From positions 1-64,000 of the forward strand of contig CAWCNJ010000004.1 of assembly GCA_963796955.1 (NCBI GenBank): DNA of 64,000 nt, written 5' to 3'. A program made the position numbers and the translations under genes. This document shows positions 51,149 to 61,312 of this stretch, one piece after another. Positions within the stretch are counted from its first letter, which is position 1. Each line of letters opens with the position of its first letter. The stretch is from Endomicrobiales bacterium. GTDB taxonomy: Bacteria > Elusimicrobiota > Endomicrobiia > Endomicrobiales > JALOBY01. The notes beneath the pieces were generated by a model. It was not told where the DNA came from. It saw only the letters and a list, made by a program, of their open reading frames with translations, and ran no database searches.

Positions 51149-51373
51149 ATGCTTGCCGTTATCGTTGGTTTGGTTTTCTCTATTTCAGGTATTTGGGGTA
51201 TTGTGGTCTGGTGGCCGGAAATGGTTATGGTCTTTAAAGGCCTTGTGCCCTTCATGATATTTGTCGGCGGCTGCATCTCTATTGTAGCGGGCATTACGTC
51301 TATCCGCGATTCAATGGATGACGCCCGCGACAAAGAAAAAGAAAGAGAGAACGCCAAAACGGAACAGAAATAA
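51149..51373 (+). CDS. Small 2-TM membrane protein
   Basis: SD GGAGG; two hydrophobic helices and a charged tail. Confidence 0.75.
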   Translation: MLAVIVGLVFSISGIWGIVVWWPEMVMVFKGLVPFMIFVGGCISIVAGITSIRDSMDDARDKEKERENAKTEQK

Positions 51374-51382
51374 ATACGCTAC

Positions 51383-52384
51383 ATGAACCTGAAACAGATC
51401 GGCGAATATGGTTTGGTAGAACGCATTAAACGGCAGATCAAAACGACCGGCAATACCCTGTTGCTGGGACCGGGTGATGACTGTTTCGCGGCGCACGTGC
51501 CCGCCGGTTGCGCTGTGCTTGGCACCACGGACATGCTTATCGAAAACCGGCACTTTCGCAGGCGCTGGATAACTCCGCAGGATCTTGGCTATAAAGCGAT
51601 GGCTGTTAATATCAGCGACCTCGCCGCGATGGGTGGTTGTAAAACAGCTCAGGCAATGGTTTCAGTAGGTTTGCCAAAAAACACCCCTGTGAGCTTTGTG
51701 GATAACCTGTACAAAGGTATGCACAAGTGCGCTAAAAAGTATAATATGACCATGGCCGGCGGCGACACAGTGTCAAGTGATAAAGACATTGTAATTTCAA
51801 TAAGTTTAATAGGTTACTCTCTTCCTAAAAATATTGTTAAAAGGTCCGGTGCACAGATTGGGGATATCATATGTGTAACGGGTACATTTGGGGATGCTTT
51901 TGCCGGCCTTTCCTTGCTTGAAAAATCCAAAAAACAACTCAAAAATAAGGCCGATTGGATGTGTAAACTTATCCACAGCCAGTTATTGCCCGAGCCAAGG
52001 ATGTATGAGGCGCTCACGCTTTCAAGCCGACATCTTGCAACCGCTATGATAGATTCGTCTGATGGCCTGGCCGCCTCTGTTGGCTTTATTGCTAAAGAAA
52101 GCGGGAAGGGCGCGATAATAAATTTGCAGGATGTTCCCGTGTCAGATGCCTTCGCCAGCTGGGCGACGCTTGGTAAACGCGGCGATTGCTGCGAGGCCGC
52201 GCTTTTCGGCGGGGAAGAATATGAGCTGGTCTTTACAGTAAACCCTGAAAATCTTAAGGCAGTCCAAAAACTTATTCCCGATATTTCTGTAGTCGGCGCT
52301 ATAAAGGCTGGCCGGGGTGTAAAATATTTGGATAATGGCCGCCCCGTTGTTCTGCCCGCAAATACTTTTGAACACTTCGCATGA
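51383..52384 (+). CDS. thiL: Thiamine-phosphate kinase
   Basis: GDDC, NISDLAAMG, GGDT, DSSDGL, GGEEYEL. Confidence 0.96.
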   Translation: MNLKQIGEYGLVERIKRQIKTTGNTLLLGPGDDCFAAHVPAGCAVLGTTDMLIENRHFRRRWITPQDLGYKAMAVNISDLAAMGGCKTAQAMVSVGLPKNTPVSFVDNLYKGMHKCAKKYNMTMAGGDTVSSDKDIVISISLIGYSLPKNIVKRSGAQIGDIICVTGTFGDAFAGLSLLEKSKKQLKNKADWMCKLIHSQLLPEPRMYEALTLSSRHLATAMIDSSDGLAASVGFIAKESGKGAIINLQDVPVSDAFASWATLGKRGDCCEAALFGGEEYELVFTVNPENLKAVQKLIPDISVVGAIKAGRGVKYLDNGRPVVLPANTFEHFA

Positions 52385-52809
52385 AACTTAAAAAAAGTTA
52401 CACAACTTCATCTCCCGTGGAAACTAAAACCATCGCACGGGATTTCGCCGCCCATTGCGGCCCTGGAACAATAGTATGCCTGCACGGCGACCTGGGCGCG
52501 GGTAAAACAACCTTCGTAAAAGGCATGGCCGCCGGCTTGAAGCTTAAGGACACCGTTAAAAGCCCGAGCTTTACGCTGATAAATGAGTACGGCACCGGCG
52601 CTAAAAAACTGTATCATATGGACCTCTACCGGTTGGCAAGCGCCGACCTGCACGACCTTGGCCTGGAAGATTATTTGGGCGGTGACGGCATTTGTGTTAT
52701 AGAATGGGCAGAACGCCTCTCTCACGTTCCCGGCAACGTTTGGAACATAACGATAAAACGCATCTCAGACAGAGAGCGGCGCATAGGCATAAGCCAGGTG
52801 AAACAATGA
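52381..52809 (+). CDS. tsaE: t6A biosynthesis ATPase
   Basis: GDLGAGKT, SPSF, HMDLYR, IEWA. Confidence 0.96.
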   Translation: MKLKKSYTTSSPVETKTIARDFAAHCGPGTIVCLHGDLGAGKTTFVKGMAAGLKLKDTVKSPSFTLINEYGTGAKKLYHMDLYRLASADLHDLGLEDYLGGDGICVIEWAERLSHVPGNVWNITIKRISDRERRIGISQVKQ

Positions 52810-53450
52810 AGATCCTGGCGATAGAGACATCAGGCAAAACACTGGGCCTTGCGCTGGCGGACGGCGGTAACGTAGTTGGAGAGATCTTTTTAGAAGCAGG
52901 TCATACGCATTCGGAAAGGATCCTGCCTGAACTTGAAAAACTCTTAAAGAAAGCCCGTGTTCAGCTGGCCGATATAGATAAAATAGCCGTAAGTGTAGGC
53001 CCCGGCAGCTTTACCGGCATACGCATCGGTCTTGTCTGCGCCCGGGTATTAGCGCAAGAACTTAAAATTCCATTAGTGGGCGTTGATACATTAACTATTC
53101 TGGAATCCGCCGTTAAAACCCCGGGCGTTAAGGCTGTTGCCGCCATCGATGCCCTGCGCAATGAAGTTTATGTTCGCACTACAAAAAGCATAGAGATCCA
53201 GACCGCTGAAAAATTTTTCGAAGCTCTGGCAAAGCGAAAAACACCCGCAGTAGTTGCGGGTAATGCCGCCATAGTCCACGCCGAATTCCTTAAAAATCTG
53301 AAGCTAACAACCGCAGGTCCCGACCACATGTACCCCCGCGCCGGCACCCTCGCCCTCCTCGCCGAAAAACTAAAAGGCCAAAAATACGACAAAGTTCTCC
53401 CGGTCTATGTAAGAAAATCCTGGGCCGAAGAGTCCAGAAAAACAAAATAA
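52806..53450 (+). CDS. tsaB: t6A biosynthesis protein
   Basis: ILAIETS, HSE, GPGSFTGIRIG. Confidence 0.96.
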   Translation: MKILAIETSGKTLGLALADGGNVVGEIFLEAGHTHSERILPELEKLLKKARVQLADIDKIAVSVGPGSFTGIRIGLVCARVLAQELKIPLVGVDTLTILESAVKTPGVKAVAAIDALRNEVYVRTTKSIEIQTAEKFFEALAKRKTPAVVAGNAAIVHAEFLKNLKLTTAGPDHMYPRAGTLALLAEKLKGQKYDKVLPVYVRKSWAEESRKTK

Positions 53451-53454
53451 TCGT

Positions 53455-53790
53455 ATGGATCACGTTAACCTTACTTTCGGTGTAACGTACATAGCGCTCG
53501 GGTTGGTTTCAATAATAGTCTCAGTCCCGCTGGTAATGCGCAAGATAAAAATGAACCGCTGGTACGGTATCCGTTTGCCGAAGGCCTTTAAATCCGATGA
53601 GAACTGGTACAAAATAAATGAATACGGCGGCAAACAGTTAATTTTATGGTCAGTGGTGCCGATCGCAGCAGGTATCATGGTATTGCTCATGCCGCCTTTG
53701 CTGCCGCAATACGTGGCAGTGCTTGGCATAGTCCCGCTCCTATTGTTCTTACCCCTGATAAAGATCCTGATCTTTTCGAAAAAACTTTAA
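53455..53790 (+). CDS. SdpI/YhfL family membrane protein
   Basis: NRWYGIRLPKAFKSDENWYKINEYGGK. Confidence 0.88.
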   Translation: MDHVNLTFGVTYIALGLVSIIVSVPLVMRKIKMNRWYGIRLPKAFKSDENWYKINEYGGKQLILWSVVPIAAGIMVLLMPPLLPQYVAVLGIVPLLLFLPLIKILIFSKKL

Positions 53791-53807
53791 CCAAACGAGG
53801 GGTGCCT

Positions 53808-54393
53808 ATGAAAAAGAATATCCTGATCATTTCCGGTAGTCCTAAGAGAGATGGGAATACGGGTACGCTTATTCAATGGTTCTGCGACGGGGTGCAGGGT
53901 CAGGAACGTTGAGATCAGTTTGGCTAATGCCGCTTCTTTAAAGCTTAAGGCAACGGGTTGTACTTCTTGCCGGGTTTGTCAGAAGGCAGTTGAGTACGGC
54001 TGTGTTATTAAGGATGAGGCCTCGGATGTGATACGCCAGATGATCGGAGCCGATGTTATTGTAATGGCCACGCCGCTTTACTTTTTTTCCGCCAGCGCTC
54101 ACCTGAAAGTAATAATGGACCGTATGTTCTCTCTGTATAAATGGGACAATGCGGCTAATATAATGCAGACGGTGTTGAAAGGTAAAAAACTGGTATTGAT
54201 AGCGAGCGCCTATGAAGATATCGGCCTTGAAGACCTGGAGAAACCATTTAAGCTGACAGCGGATTATTCCGGTATGACATACGACTCCCTACTTGTACCG
54301 AATGCGGGTGTGTCCGGTGAGATTACAAAAATTGCAGGGCTTAAGGAAAGAACCATTGAGTTCGGCAAATCTGTTTTTGGGTTCAGGGGGTAA
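53808..54393 (+). CDS. Flavodoxin-like iron-sulfur flavoprotein / FMN reductase, frameshifted near 53903
   Basis: GSPKRDGNT in one frame; CTSCRVC...C and ATPLYF in the +1 frame; removing one G at CAGGAAC joins them. Confidence 0.82.
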
Positions 54394-54395
54394 GT

Positions 54396-54815
54396 ATGAA
54401 ACATTTTCGTAAAGAGCTGTTTTTTGAAGTACCCAAACGCATGGGGTTCGTAAATATCACTGATTCCGTAGAAAAAGCATTAGCCGAAAGCGGCGTTCGC
54501 GAAGGCCTGTGCCTGGTAAACGCCATGCATATCACAGCCAGCGTATTTATAAACGATAACGAACCCGGCCTGCATCAGGATTACGCCAAATGGCTGGAAC
54601 AACTGGCCCCGCACAAGCCCGTAAGCCAGTATCAACACAACCGCACCGGCGAAGACAACGGCGACGCCCACCTCAAGCGCCAGATCATGGGCCGCGAGGT
54701 AGTGGTAGCAATCACCAAAGGCGAACTGGATTTCGGCCCCTGGGAACAAATTTTCTACGGCGAATTCGACGGCCTCCGTCGCAAACGCGTCCTGATCAAG
54801 ATCATCGGTGAATAG
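54396..54815 (+). CDS. yjbQ: YjbQ / UPF0047 family protein
   Basis: HITAS...[24 protein letters not shown]. Confidence 0.93.
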   Translation: MKHFRKELFFEVPKRMGFVNITDSVEKALAESGVREGLCLVNAMHITASVFINDNEPGLHQDYAKWLEQLAPHKPVSQYQHNRTGEDNGDAHLKRQIMGREVVVAITKGELDFGPWEQIFYGEFDGLRRKRVLIKIIGE

Positions 54816-54852
54816 CCGACATAATCTATAAATCAACCAAATCTGGGGGGAA

Positions 54853-55137
54853 ATGAAAAGAATAATAAAGACCGGGTGTTGCGGGTTTCCGGTTGCACGA
54901 TTGAAATATTATAAAGATTTTGGGTGTATTGAGATAAATGCTACTTTTTACCGGCTGCCGGAGCTGGCGGTGGCTCGCAAGTGGCGGGCGGAGGTCAGTT
55001 TCAATACAAAAGAACTTAAGAAAATACTTTCCTACTGCGATAAACCCGAAAACTACACTATGTTCGACCACTTCAAAATGTATAACGACGCTCTGGAACT
55101 GCGCACGTTGGCCAACCCTGATACCAAGATCGTCTAA
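54853..55137 (+). pseudogene. DUF72 family remnant with an in-frame internal deletion
   Basis: N-terminal GCCGF...EINATFYRLP...KWR joined directly to a C-terminal-like YTMF...MYNDA; only 94 aa. Confidence 0.65.
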
Positions 55138-55150
55138 CTGCTTTTCATCA

Positions 55151-55702
55151 TTATTTCTTCAATAACTCATTAAGGTAAACAAGTTTTGCGGCATTCTCTG
55201 TTACGGATGCATACATGGAAGCTTCCTCGATGGTTTTGCCAACCGAAAATACGCCGTGGCCTCGGACCATTACGGATTTGAATGATTTGAAGAGTTCGGG
55301 CAGGTATTTGGCTACTTCGTCTGAGCTGATGGTTTGGGCGGCGGAAAGAACGGGAATGCTTGGCAGGTAGTAAAGGCCTTCGGAATCTATTGGTACTATC
55401 GCGTCTCGGGTCAGCGAAAGGACGATGGCGTGCGGGGCATGGGCGTGAGCTATCGCGTTTATTTCGGGGCAGGCCTGGTAGATGGCGCGGTGCACTTTTA
55501 CTTCTATGGACGCTTCTTTGTCACGGTCGGTATCTGATAAGTTCACTTTTACTATGTCGCTGGCGGTAATATCGCAAAGCCTGGCGCCGTGGCGGGTTAT
55601 AAAAATGTTGAAGTTCTGCCGGAAGCTCATGTTCCCGGAATGTGAGTTATTTAAACCCTGATCGAACAATATCCTTCCGTATTTTGTAAAGTCATTAAAC
55701 AT
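55151..55702 (-). CDS. Class II aldolase/adducin family protein
   Basis: SGNMS, ASIEVKVH, HAH, RGHG. Confidence 0.92.
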   Translation of the reverse strand: MFNDFTKYGRILFDQGLNNSHSGNMSFRQNFNIFITRHGARLCDITASDIVKVNLSDTDRDKEASIEVKVHRAIYQACPEINAIAHAHAPHAIVLSLTRDAIVPIDSEGLYYLPSIPVLSAAQTISSDEVAKYLPELFKSFKSVMVRGHGVFSVGKTIEEASMYASVTENAAKLVYLNELLKK

Positions 55703-55718
55703 TTCTTTCTCCCTTACT

Positions 55719-55758
55719 GATCGGTCAGATCTGTCCGATCTGGCGGATCCGTCTGATC
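55719..55758. repeat. Five GATC at exact 9-bp period
   Basis: GATCGGTCA GATCTGTCC GATCTGGCG GATCCGTCT GATC. Confidence 0.85.
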
Positions 55759-56594
55759 TACCAACTATCCGACCCTTCCAGAATATAAACCGTCACACGT
55801 TTGTGCATGTAGGGTTTTTCTTCTTGTTTGTTATTTACTCCCAGATCCACCCGTTTACCTTTGATCATATTCCCGGTATCACCTGCATAACCGTAGCCGT
55901 AACCCGGTACGTAGAGCCTGGTGTGCAGCGGTATCACTTTAGGGTCAACGGCGATAATGCCGCGCTGCATCTTCTGGCCAAGAAAGGTTACTGTGCCGTC
56001 TCCCCAGGCAAGCGGGTCGCCGGGGTAATAGGCTGTGGCTATCATACGCATTTTTTTGCATTTGCTCAGGTCGTAGGTCTTTTCGGTCTTTCCGTCCTTG
56101 CCGATCAGGGCCAGCTGGAAGACGGTTTTTTTAACGGTATGTGTTTTTAAAGGGTTTTGGCCGAAAACAACGCCGTCGTGGTAGGTGGTAAAGCACTCGG
56201 AGATCTTTCTTTTCCGTATCTCTTTTTGCAGCTCTATAGGACGCAAATTGGCGGTATATTGGTTTCGCCATATCAGTTCTGAGGGCAGGTCTTCCTCAAG
56301 ATGTTCTTTTACGCCGCGCACCCGGATAACCCGTACCATACCGCGGCGCGGAAGCGGTCCCATAAGGTCCGGCTCTACGATATCGTCATCTCCCAGATCT
56401 ATCTTCAGCTCTTTTAAAAGATCGCTTACATTTACCGCTTTTGACCGGACGAACAGTTGCTTGCCGTCAACCATTACCAGATGCTGCTGCTGGTAGTACA
56501 GGTAACCTTCCCAGCCGCCTATCAGTGCGAGCAGTATAAGCCCCATTACGGTTATACGGCGTGCCGAAAATATGTTACTTAGTTTCGTAAACAT
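55758..56594 (-). CDS. 3D-domain lytic transglycosylase-like protein with DUF348/G5-like stalk (YabE-like)
   Basis: N-terminal TM; ATAY, IAVDPKVIPL, AGDTG..IKGKRVD. Confidence 0.88.
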   Translation of the reverse strand: MFTKLSNIFSARRITVMGLILLALIGGWEGYLYYQQQHLVMVDGKQLFVRSKAVNVSDLLKELKIDLGDDDIVEPDLMGPLPRRGMVRVIRVRGVKEHLEEDLPSELIWRNQYTANLRPIELQKEIRKRKISECFTTYHDGVVFGQNPLKTHTVKKTVFQLALIGKDGKTEKTYDLSKCKKMRMIATAYYPGDPLAWGDGTVTFLGQKMQRGIIAVDPKVIPLHTRLYVPGYGYGYAGDTGNMIKGKRVDLGVNNKQEEKPYMHKRVTVYILEGSDSW

Positions 56595-57183
56595 TCAGGT
56601 AAGGACGTTCCCGGTAGAGAACACCAAGCTTTTTAGCTATCAACGGGCACTTTGAAATATCAAGGCCGGGCAGCGGTATGCAGGTTATGGTAACCTCGGG
56701 GATATATTTTTTGCATTGGCGTATAAAGGCCAGCACGCCGCGGTAAGATCTTGCGCCGAACTGCGGCCTCTGGATACGCAGATAATCTTTGGTGTTGCCC
56801 GCGTTAAGGCTTACGGATATCGCGTCCACCAGGCCTTTAAGTTCGGGTACGATATTACGGTCGTAGAACAGGTTCGCAAGGCCGGTTGTATTCACGCGCA
56901 CTTTCCCGCCATTTTTCTTGACCCAGGCGGCCACTTCCTTAAGTACTTCTGCGCGTAGAGTAGGCTCGCCGTAACCGCAAAACACGATCTCCGGGCATTT
57001 TTTCGGGTTGCCAATAGCTTTTATAACTTCCTGCGCGGTAGGTTCATGTTTCAGCCGCAGGTCTTTGCCGCGGTATTTCCAGTCCCATTTCTGTTTTATA
57101 CAAAAAGAACAGGCGCTGGCACAGCGGTTGGTAAGGTTAACGTAAAGATTTCCGTGATAGGTGTAAGTAATTGTGGCGCTCAT
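56575..57183 (-). CDS. TatD-associated radical SAM protein
   Basis: YVNLTNRCASACSFC; EIVFCGYGEPT; adjacent to tatD. Confidence 0.9.
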   Translation of the reverse strand: MSATITYTYHGNLYVNLTNRCASACSFCIKQKWDWKYRGKDLRLKHEPTAQEVIKAIGNPKKCPEIVFCGYGEPTLRAEVLKEVAAWVKKNGGKVRVNTTGLANLFYDRNIVPELKGLVDAISVSLNAGNTKDYLRIQRPQFGARSYRGVLAFIRQCKKYIPEVTITCIPLPGLDISKCPLIAKKLGVLYRERPYLNVYETK

Positions 57184-57947
57184 GATGGTATCCTAAATAA
57201 AGTCTGTGCGTTCTTTGTAGTAATGCGGCCTACTTCTTCAGCGGCTATGTCCTTAAGCTCGGCGATCTTTGCCGCGATCTGGGGCAGATAAGCCGGCTCA
57301 TTGCGTTGGCCTCGATACTGTTGCGGGGGCAGGTACGGACAGTCTGTTTCCAAAAGCAGCCTCTCCAGCGGCACTGAGCGAACCACATCGCACAGCGTTT
57401 GTGATTTCGGGTATGTAACCGGCCCGTCAATGCCCAGATACCAGCCCGCCTTAGTTAATTGCTCGGCCTCTGCCAAGCCGCCTGAAAAACAGTGTATCAC
57501 GCCGCGAACGGAGCTTCCTAAACCCTCGAGCAGAGGGAACATATCTTGATAAGCTTCCCGGCAATGAACTATCAACGGTTTATTCAGCGCTTGTGCTAGT
57601 TCCGCGTGGCGCACAAAGGCCGTCTTTTGCGCCTCTGTTCGGCTGCGGTCGTAATGGTAATCCAAACCTGTCTCGCCTATCGCTACCACTTTGGCATCTC
57701 TTGCAAGCGTTGCCAGTGTTGCCCATTGTTCTTCACTTACATCATACACATCGTTCGGATGAATGCCAAGCGCGCAATAAATATTTTTGTGTTCGCGGCA
57801 TAATGCCAGTGTTCCTTCCCATTGGGTTGGGTCGCAGCCAACGTCAATGAGTGTTGAAACACCGGACACCTTCGCTCGCGCCAGCATCGCTTCGCGGTCG
57901 GAATCAAACTTAGTGTCTCTTAAATGGGTGTGGGTATCTATATACAT
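57180..57947 (-). CDS. tatD: TatD family hydrolase
   Basis: DTHTH, GETGLD, HCF, ETDCP. Confidence 0.93.
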   Translation of the reverse strand: MYIDTHTHLRDTKFDSDREAMLARAKVSGVSTLIDVGCDPTQWEGTLALCREHKNIYCALGIHPNDVYDVSEEQWATLATLARDAKVVAIGETGLDYHYDRSRTEAQKTAFVRHAELAQALNKPLIVHCREAYQDMFPLLEGLGSSVRGVIHCFSGGLAEAEQLTKAGWYLGIDGPVTYPKSQTLCDVVRSVPLERLLLETDCPYLPPQQYRGQRNEPAYLPQIAAKIAELKDIAAEEVGRITTKNAQTLFRIPS

Positions 57948-57970
57948 TTTTACTCAGTTCGTGCACAGCC

Positions 57971-59497
57971 CTACTTCGGAGCAACTATCCGAGGGAAAAG
58001 AGGTGTCCCCTTGTCAGTTAAGGTCTCAGGGACAGGTGCTGTTAAAATACCATCATTAAAGAAAGCCTGAGATTCTTTCTCTATAGATTGTCCTTCACCT
58101 ATAGCCTGCCATATTTTCGCGCATATGCCCGGCATAACAGGATAAAGCGCGACAGTTGTTGTCTTTATCATGCCAACAAGTTCCCATAGCACGGTTGTCA
58201 ACTCGGGATTATTCTCTTTCGCCATTTTCCATGGCGCGGAGGTTTCTATGAATTGATTGGCAAAATTGATATGTTTCTGAATGGCCTCAAAATAGAAATT
58301 GAAATGAAGGTCGTCCAAATAACTATTTATTTGAGAAACATTCAATGTTTCTTTTGTCGCCGGGCTGGATGCCGGTTGCGGTATCTTGCCGCCGTAATAT
58401 TTCTCTATCATTGTCAGTGTTCTGGAGACCAGGTTGCCAAGGTTATTGGCCAGGTCGGTGTTGAACTTATTGTTCAGCGCCTCCCATGAAATATCGCCGT
58501 CCGTGCCGAACGGGAAAAGTGAAAGGGTGAGGTATCTGGCTCCGTCAACGCCGTATTTCTCTATCATCTCAGCGGGCGCTATAACATTACCAAGCGTCTT
58601 GCTCATTTTGTTGCCGTTTATAGTAAAGAAGCCATGAGCGAATACTTTTTTAGGCAGGGGAAGATCTGCGGCCAGCAGCATCGCGGGCCATATGACCGAG
58701 TGGAACCACAAAATATCTTTCGCCATCAGGTGCACTTCGGCCGGCCACAGCTTTTTAAACTGCTCAGTCTCGCTGTCGTAGCCTATCGCGGAAATATAAT
58801 TTATAAGTGCGTCTACCCATACGTATGCCGTCTGTGTCTTATCGAACGGCAGCGGTATACCCCAGGCAAGGTTCGCTCTGGAGATGCTGATGTCTTCCAG
58901 ACCCAGTTTCAGCTTGCCCAGTATCTCGTTGCGGCGTTCTTTGGGGAGTATCTTTATGTGTTGAGGGTGGTTTTCATCTGACAGTATTGCAAGCAGCTTT
59001 TCCTGATACTGAGAAAGTTTAAAAAAGTAATTTTCTTCCGAATGCGGTGTTGGCTTTTGTTTATGGTCGGGGCAGCAGCTGTCGACCAGGTCCGCCTCTG
59101 AAAGGAATTTTTCGCAGTGCACGCAATAGAGGCCTTCATATTTGCCTTTAGCTATCGCGCCTTTCTCAAATAGCTGTGTAAGGAACTTCGATACGGCTTT
59201 CTCATGAAGTTCATCGGTGGTGCGCACAAAATAATCATTGGTAATATTCAGCTTCTGCCACGCTTCCCGGAACTGCTGGGAAATAATGTCGCAAAATTCC
59301 TTAGGTGTTTTAACGGCTTTTTCCGCGGCTTGGCAGATCTTGGCGCCGTGTTCGTCCGTGCCCGTCAGGAAAAATGTTTCGCTGCCGCGAATACGCTGCC
59401 AGCGCGCGAGAACATCGGCGGCGATGGTTGTGTAAGCGTGGCCGATATGGGGAGAATCATTTACGTAGTAAATAGGCGTCGTAATGTAATATTTCAT
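57971..59497 (-). CDS. metG: Methionyl-tRNA synthetase (no C-terminal OB domain)
   Basis: HIGH, GTDEHG, KMSKT. Confidence 0.97.
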   Translation of the reverse strand: MKYYITTPIYYVNDSPHIGHAYTTIAADVLARWQRIRGSETFFLTGTDEHGAKICQAAEKAVKTPKEFCDIISQQFREAWQKLNITNDYFVRTTDELHEKAVSKFLTQLFEKGAIAKGKYEGLYCVHCEKFLSEADLVDSCCPDHKQKPTPHSEENYFFKLSQYQEKLLAILSDENHPQHIKILPKERRNEILGKLKLGLEDISISRANLAWGIPLPFDKTQTAYVWVDALINYISAIGYDSETEQFKKLWPAEVHLMAKDILWFHSVIWPAMLLAADLPLPKKVFAHGFFTINGNKMSKTLGNVIAPAEMIEKYGVDGARYLTLSLFPFGTDGDISWEALNNKFNTDLANNLGNLVSRTLTMIEKYYGGKIPQPASSPATKETLNVSQINSYLDDLHFNFYFEAIQKHINFANQFIETSAPWKMAKENNPELTTVLWELVGMIKTTTVALYPVMPGICAKIWQAIGEGQSIEKESQAFFNDGILTAPVPETLTDKGTPLFPRIVAPK

Positions 59498-60325
59498 TTA
59501 TAATCCCATTTTATCGAGTAAGTTGCTGGAAACCTTGCTGACGTGGAATGTTTTACGCACCTTGTCGCCGGCCTTGTCCGGAGCCAGCTCAACAACTACT
59601 TCTTCGCGCAGGCAGTGGGCGCCTACCACCGTTCCCGGGCCATTAGGCGTGGTTACTTTTTCGCCGTAGCGGGGCAGTTTTTTTCTGGCTTTTACATAGA
59701 AATTATGCTCATAGCCCAGGCAGCACATAAGCCTGCCGCAGAGTCCTGAAAGTTTGGCGGTGTTGAGCGGGATGTCTTGTTCTTTTGCCATATCTATGGT
59801 CACGGAAGAGAAATCTTTCAGCCATTCCTGGCAGCATAATCTTCTGCCGCAGTGGCCCACGCCGCCGATCATCTTGGCTTCATCGCGCACGCCTATCTGC
59901 ACCATCTGGATGCGGGTTTTAAGTATGTGGCCCAGATCTTTTATCAGTTCGCGGAAATCTATGCGGTTGTCGGCCGTATAATAAATGAAAAGCTTAGAGC
60001 GGTCGAACGTGTACTGCGCGCACGTAAGCTTCATCTGCAATTCGTGGTCCAGTATTTTGTTAAGTACTATTTTGTGGGCCTGATCGTTCTTTTTCTCGTT
60101 CTCCGCGTCGCGTTTCAGATCGTCCGGCGTTGCCTTGCGCAGCACCTTGCTGACCGGTGTTTTCGGCTTTTCCACGTTCTTCTCGCGTTCGAACACCGTC
60201 GCGATCTCGGTGCCGTGTTCCGTTTCAGTTATAACTTTATCTCCAATATTCAGGTCCAGGTGACCCGCGTCGCCAAGCGATTTTTCTTTCATTCGCCGCA
60301 TCATTAAACCAACGACCATAGGCAT
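59498..60325 (-). CDS. yaaT: PSP1 / RicT (YaaT) family protein
   Basis: RIDFREL, GHCGRRLCC, SGLCGRLMCCLGYE. Confidence 0.92.
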   Translation of the reverse strand: MPMVVGLMMRRMKEKSLGDAGHLDLNIGDKVITETEHGTEIATVFEREKNVEKPKTPVSKVLRKATPDDLKRDAENEKKNDQAHKIVLNKILDHELQMKLTCAQYTFDRSKLFIYYTADNRIDFRELIKDLGHILKTRIQMVQIGVRDEAKMIGGVGHCGRRLCCQEWLKDFSSVTIDMAKEQDIPLNTAKLSGLCGRLMCCLGYEHNFYVKARKKLPRYGEKVTTPNGPGTVVGAHCLREEVVVELAPDKAGDKVRKTFHVSKVSSNLLDKMGL

Positions 60326-60341
60326 ATATAAACTCCTTTTT

Positions 60342-60381
60342 GATCAGACGGATCTGTCTGATCCGACTGATCTGTCGGATC
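60342..60381. repeat. Five GATC at exact 9-bp period (second array)
   Basis: GATCAGACG GATCTGTCT GATCCGACT GATCTGTCG GATC. Confidence 0.85.
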
Positions 60382-61312
60382 GAGAGGCTAACTTCAACAA
60401 CAACGCGTCCAATAGTATCTGAGCGTTAACGTTGCGCACCAGCATTGCCCGCGCGGCGTTCGTTTGTTCCAGCGCGTCGGCGAAAGCTGCCGGGTCGCGA
60501 CGAAAATCATTTTTTATCTGTATTAATAGATCTTCTAAAAAGGTTTCCACTTCGTCTGCGTTTTCCGCGCTTGCGGCGAGCAGCTGGGCGACCGAGGCTT
60601 TTTGCGACCGTATAAGCTGCCAGGCTGCTTCAGCGGTGTTGCCCGGCTTTGCGATTATCTCCATAGCCCTGGAAAGAGAGCCTTCCGCGAGCGCCGCTAT
60701 TCGTGCGGCAGCCCCCGGTTCCTGGGCGCATTTGTCCTGCAGAAAGCGCGATACCGCCGTCTCGGGAACCGGCTGAAAACGGACTATTTGTACGCGGGAA
60801 ACTATGGTTGCCGGCAAATTCTCCCTGTGCCGTGACAACAGGATGATCACGGTGTTCGGCGGCGGCTCTTCCAGCGTTTTCAACAGGCAATTCGCGGCTT
60901 CCGTCGTTATTTTCTCCGCCGGCTCTATCAGATACACCTTCCAGCGTGCCTCAATTGTTTTCAGGGTTATATCTTTCTGCAGGCTGCGTATCGTTTCTAT
61001 TTTCAGGGAGCGCTGCTTTTCAAGTTCCTGATCCAGCAGCAGCGCCTGCCAGTTAAAATCAACGGTCTTGATATCCGGATGTATGCCGTTATTGATCTTG
61101 TTGCAAGACTGGCAGTTGTCGCACGGCTCAGCGGTGGTCCGGTAATCATTGGTCTGGCAGTTAAGCGCTTTGGCCAGCTCGAGCGCGGTTTTACGGCGGC
61201 CGATACCGTTCATGCCGATGAAAAGATATCCGTGCGAAACCCTGCCGGACCGCAACTGGCTCTGAATGATCTCTTTTGCCTGCTGTTGATCGAGTATCTC
61301 GTTAAAGCTCAT
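60344..61312 (-). CDS. holB: DNA polymerase III delta' subunit
   Basis: PCDNCQSC, HPD, AANCLLKTLEEPP, TIVSR. Confidence 0.93.
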   Translation of the reverse strand: MSFNEILDQQQAKEIIQSQLRSGRVSHGYLFIGMNGIGRRKTALELAKALNCQTNDYRTTAEPCDNCQSCNKINNGIHPDIKTVDFNWQALLLDQELEKQRSLKIETIRSLQKDITLKTIEARWKVYLIEPAEKITTEAANCLLKTLEEPPPNTVIILLSRHRENLPATIVSRVQIVRFQPVPETAVSRFLQDKCAQEPGAAARIAALAEGSLSRAMEIIAKPGNTAEAAWQLIRSQKASVAQLLAASAENADEVETFLEDLLIQIKNDFRRDPAAFADALEQTNAARAMLVRNVNAQILLDALLLKLASRSDRSVGSDRSV

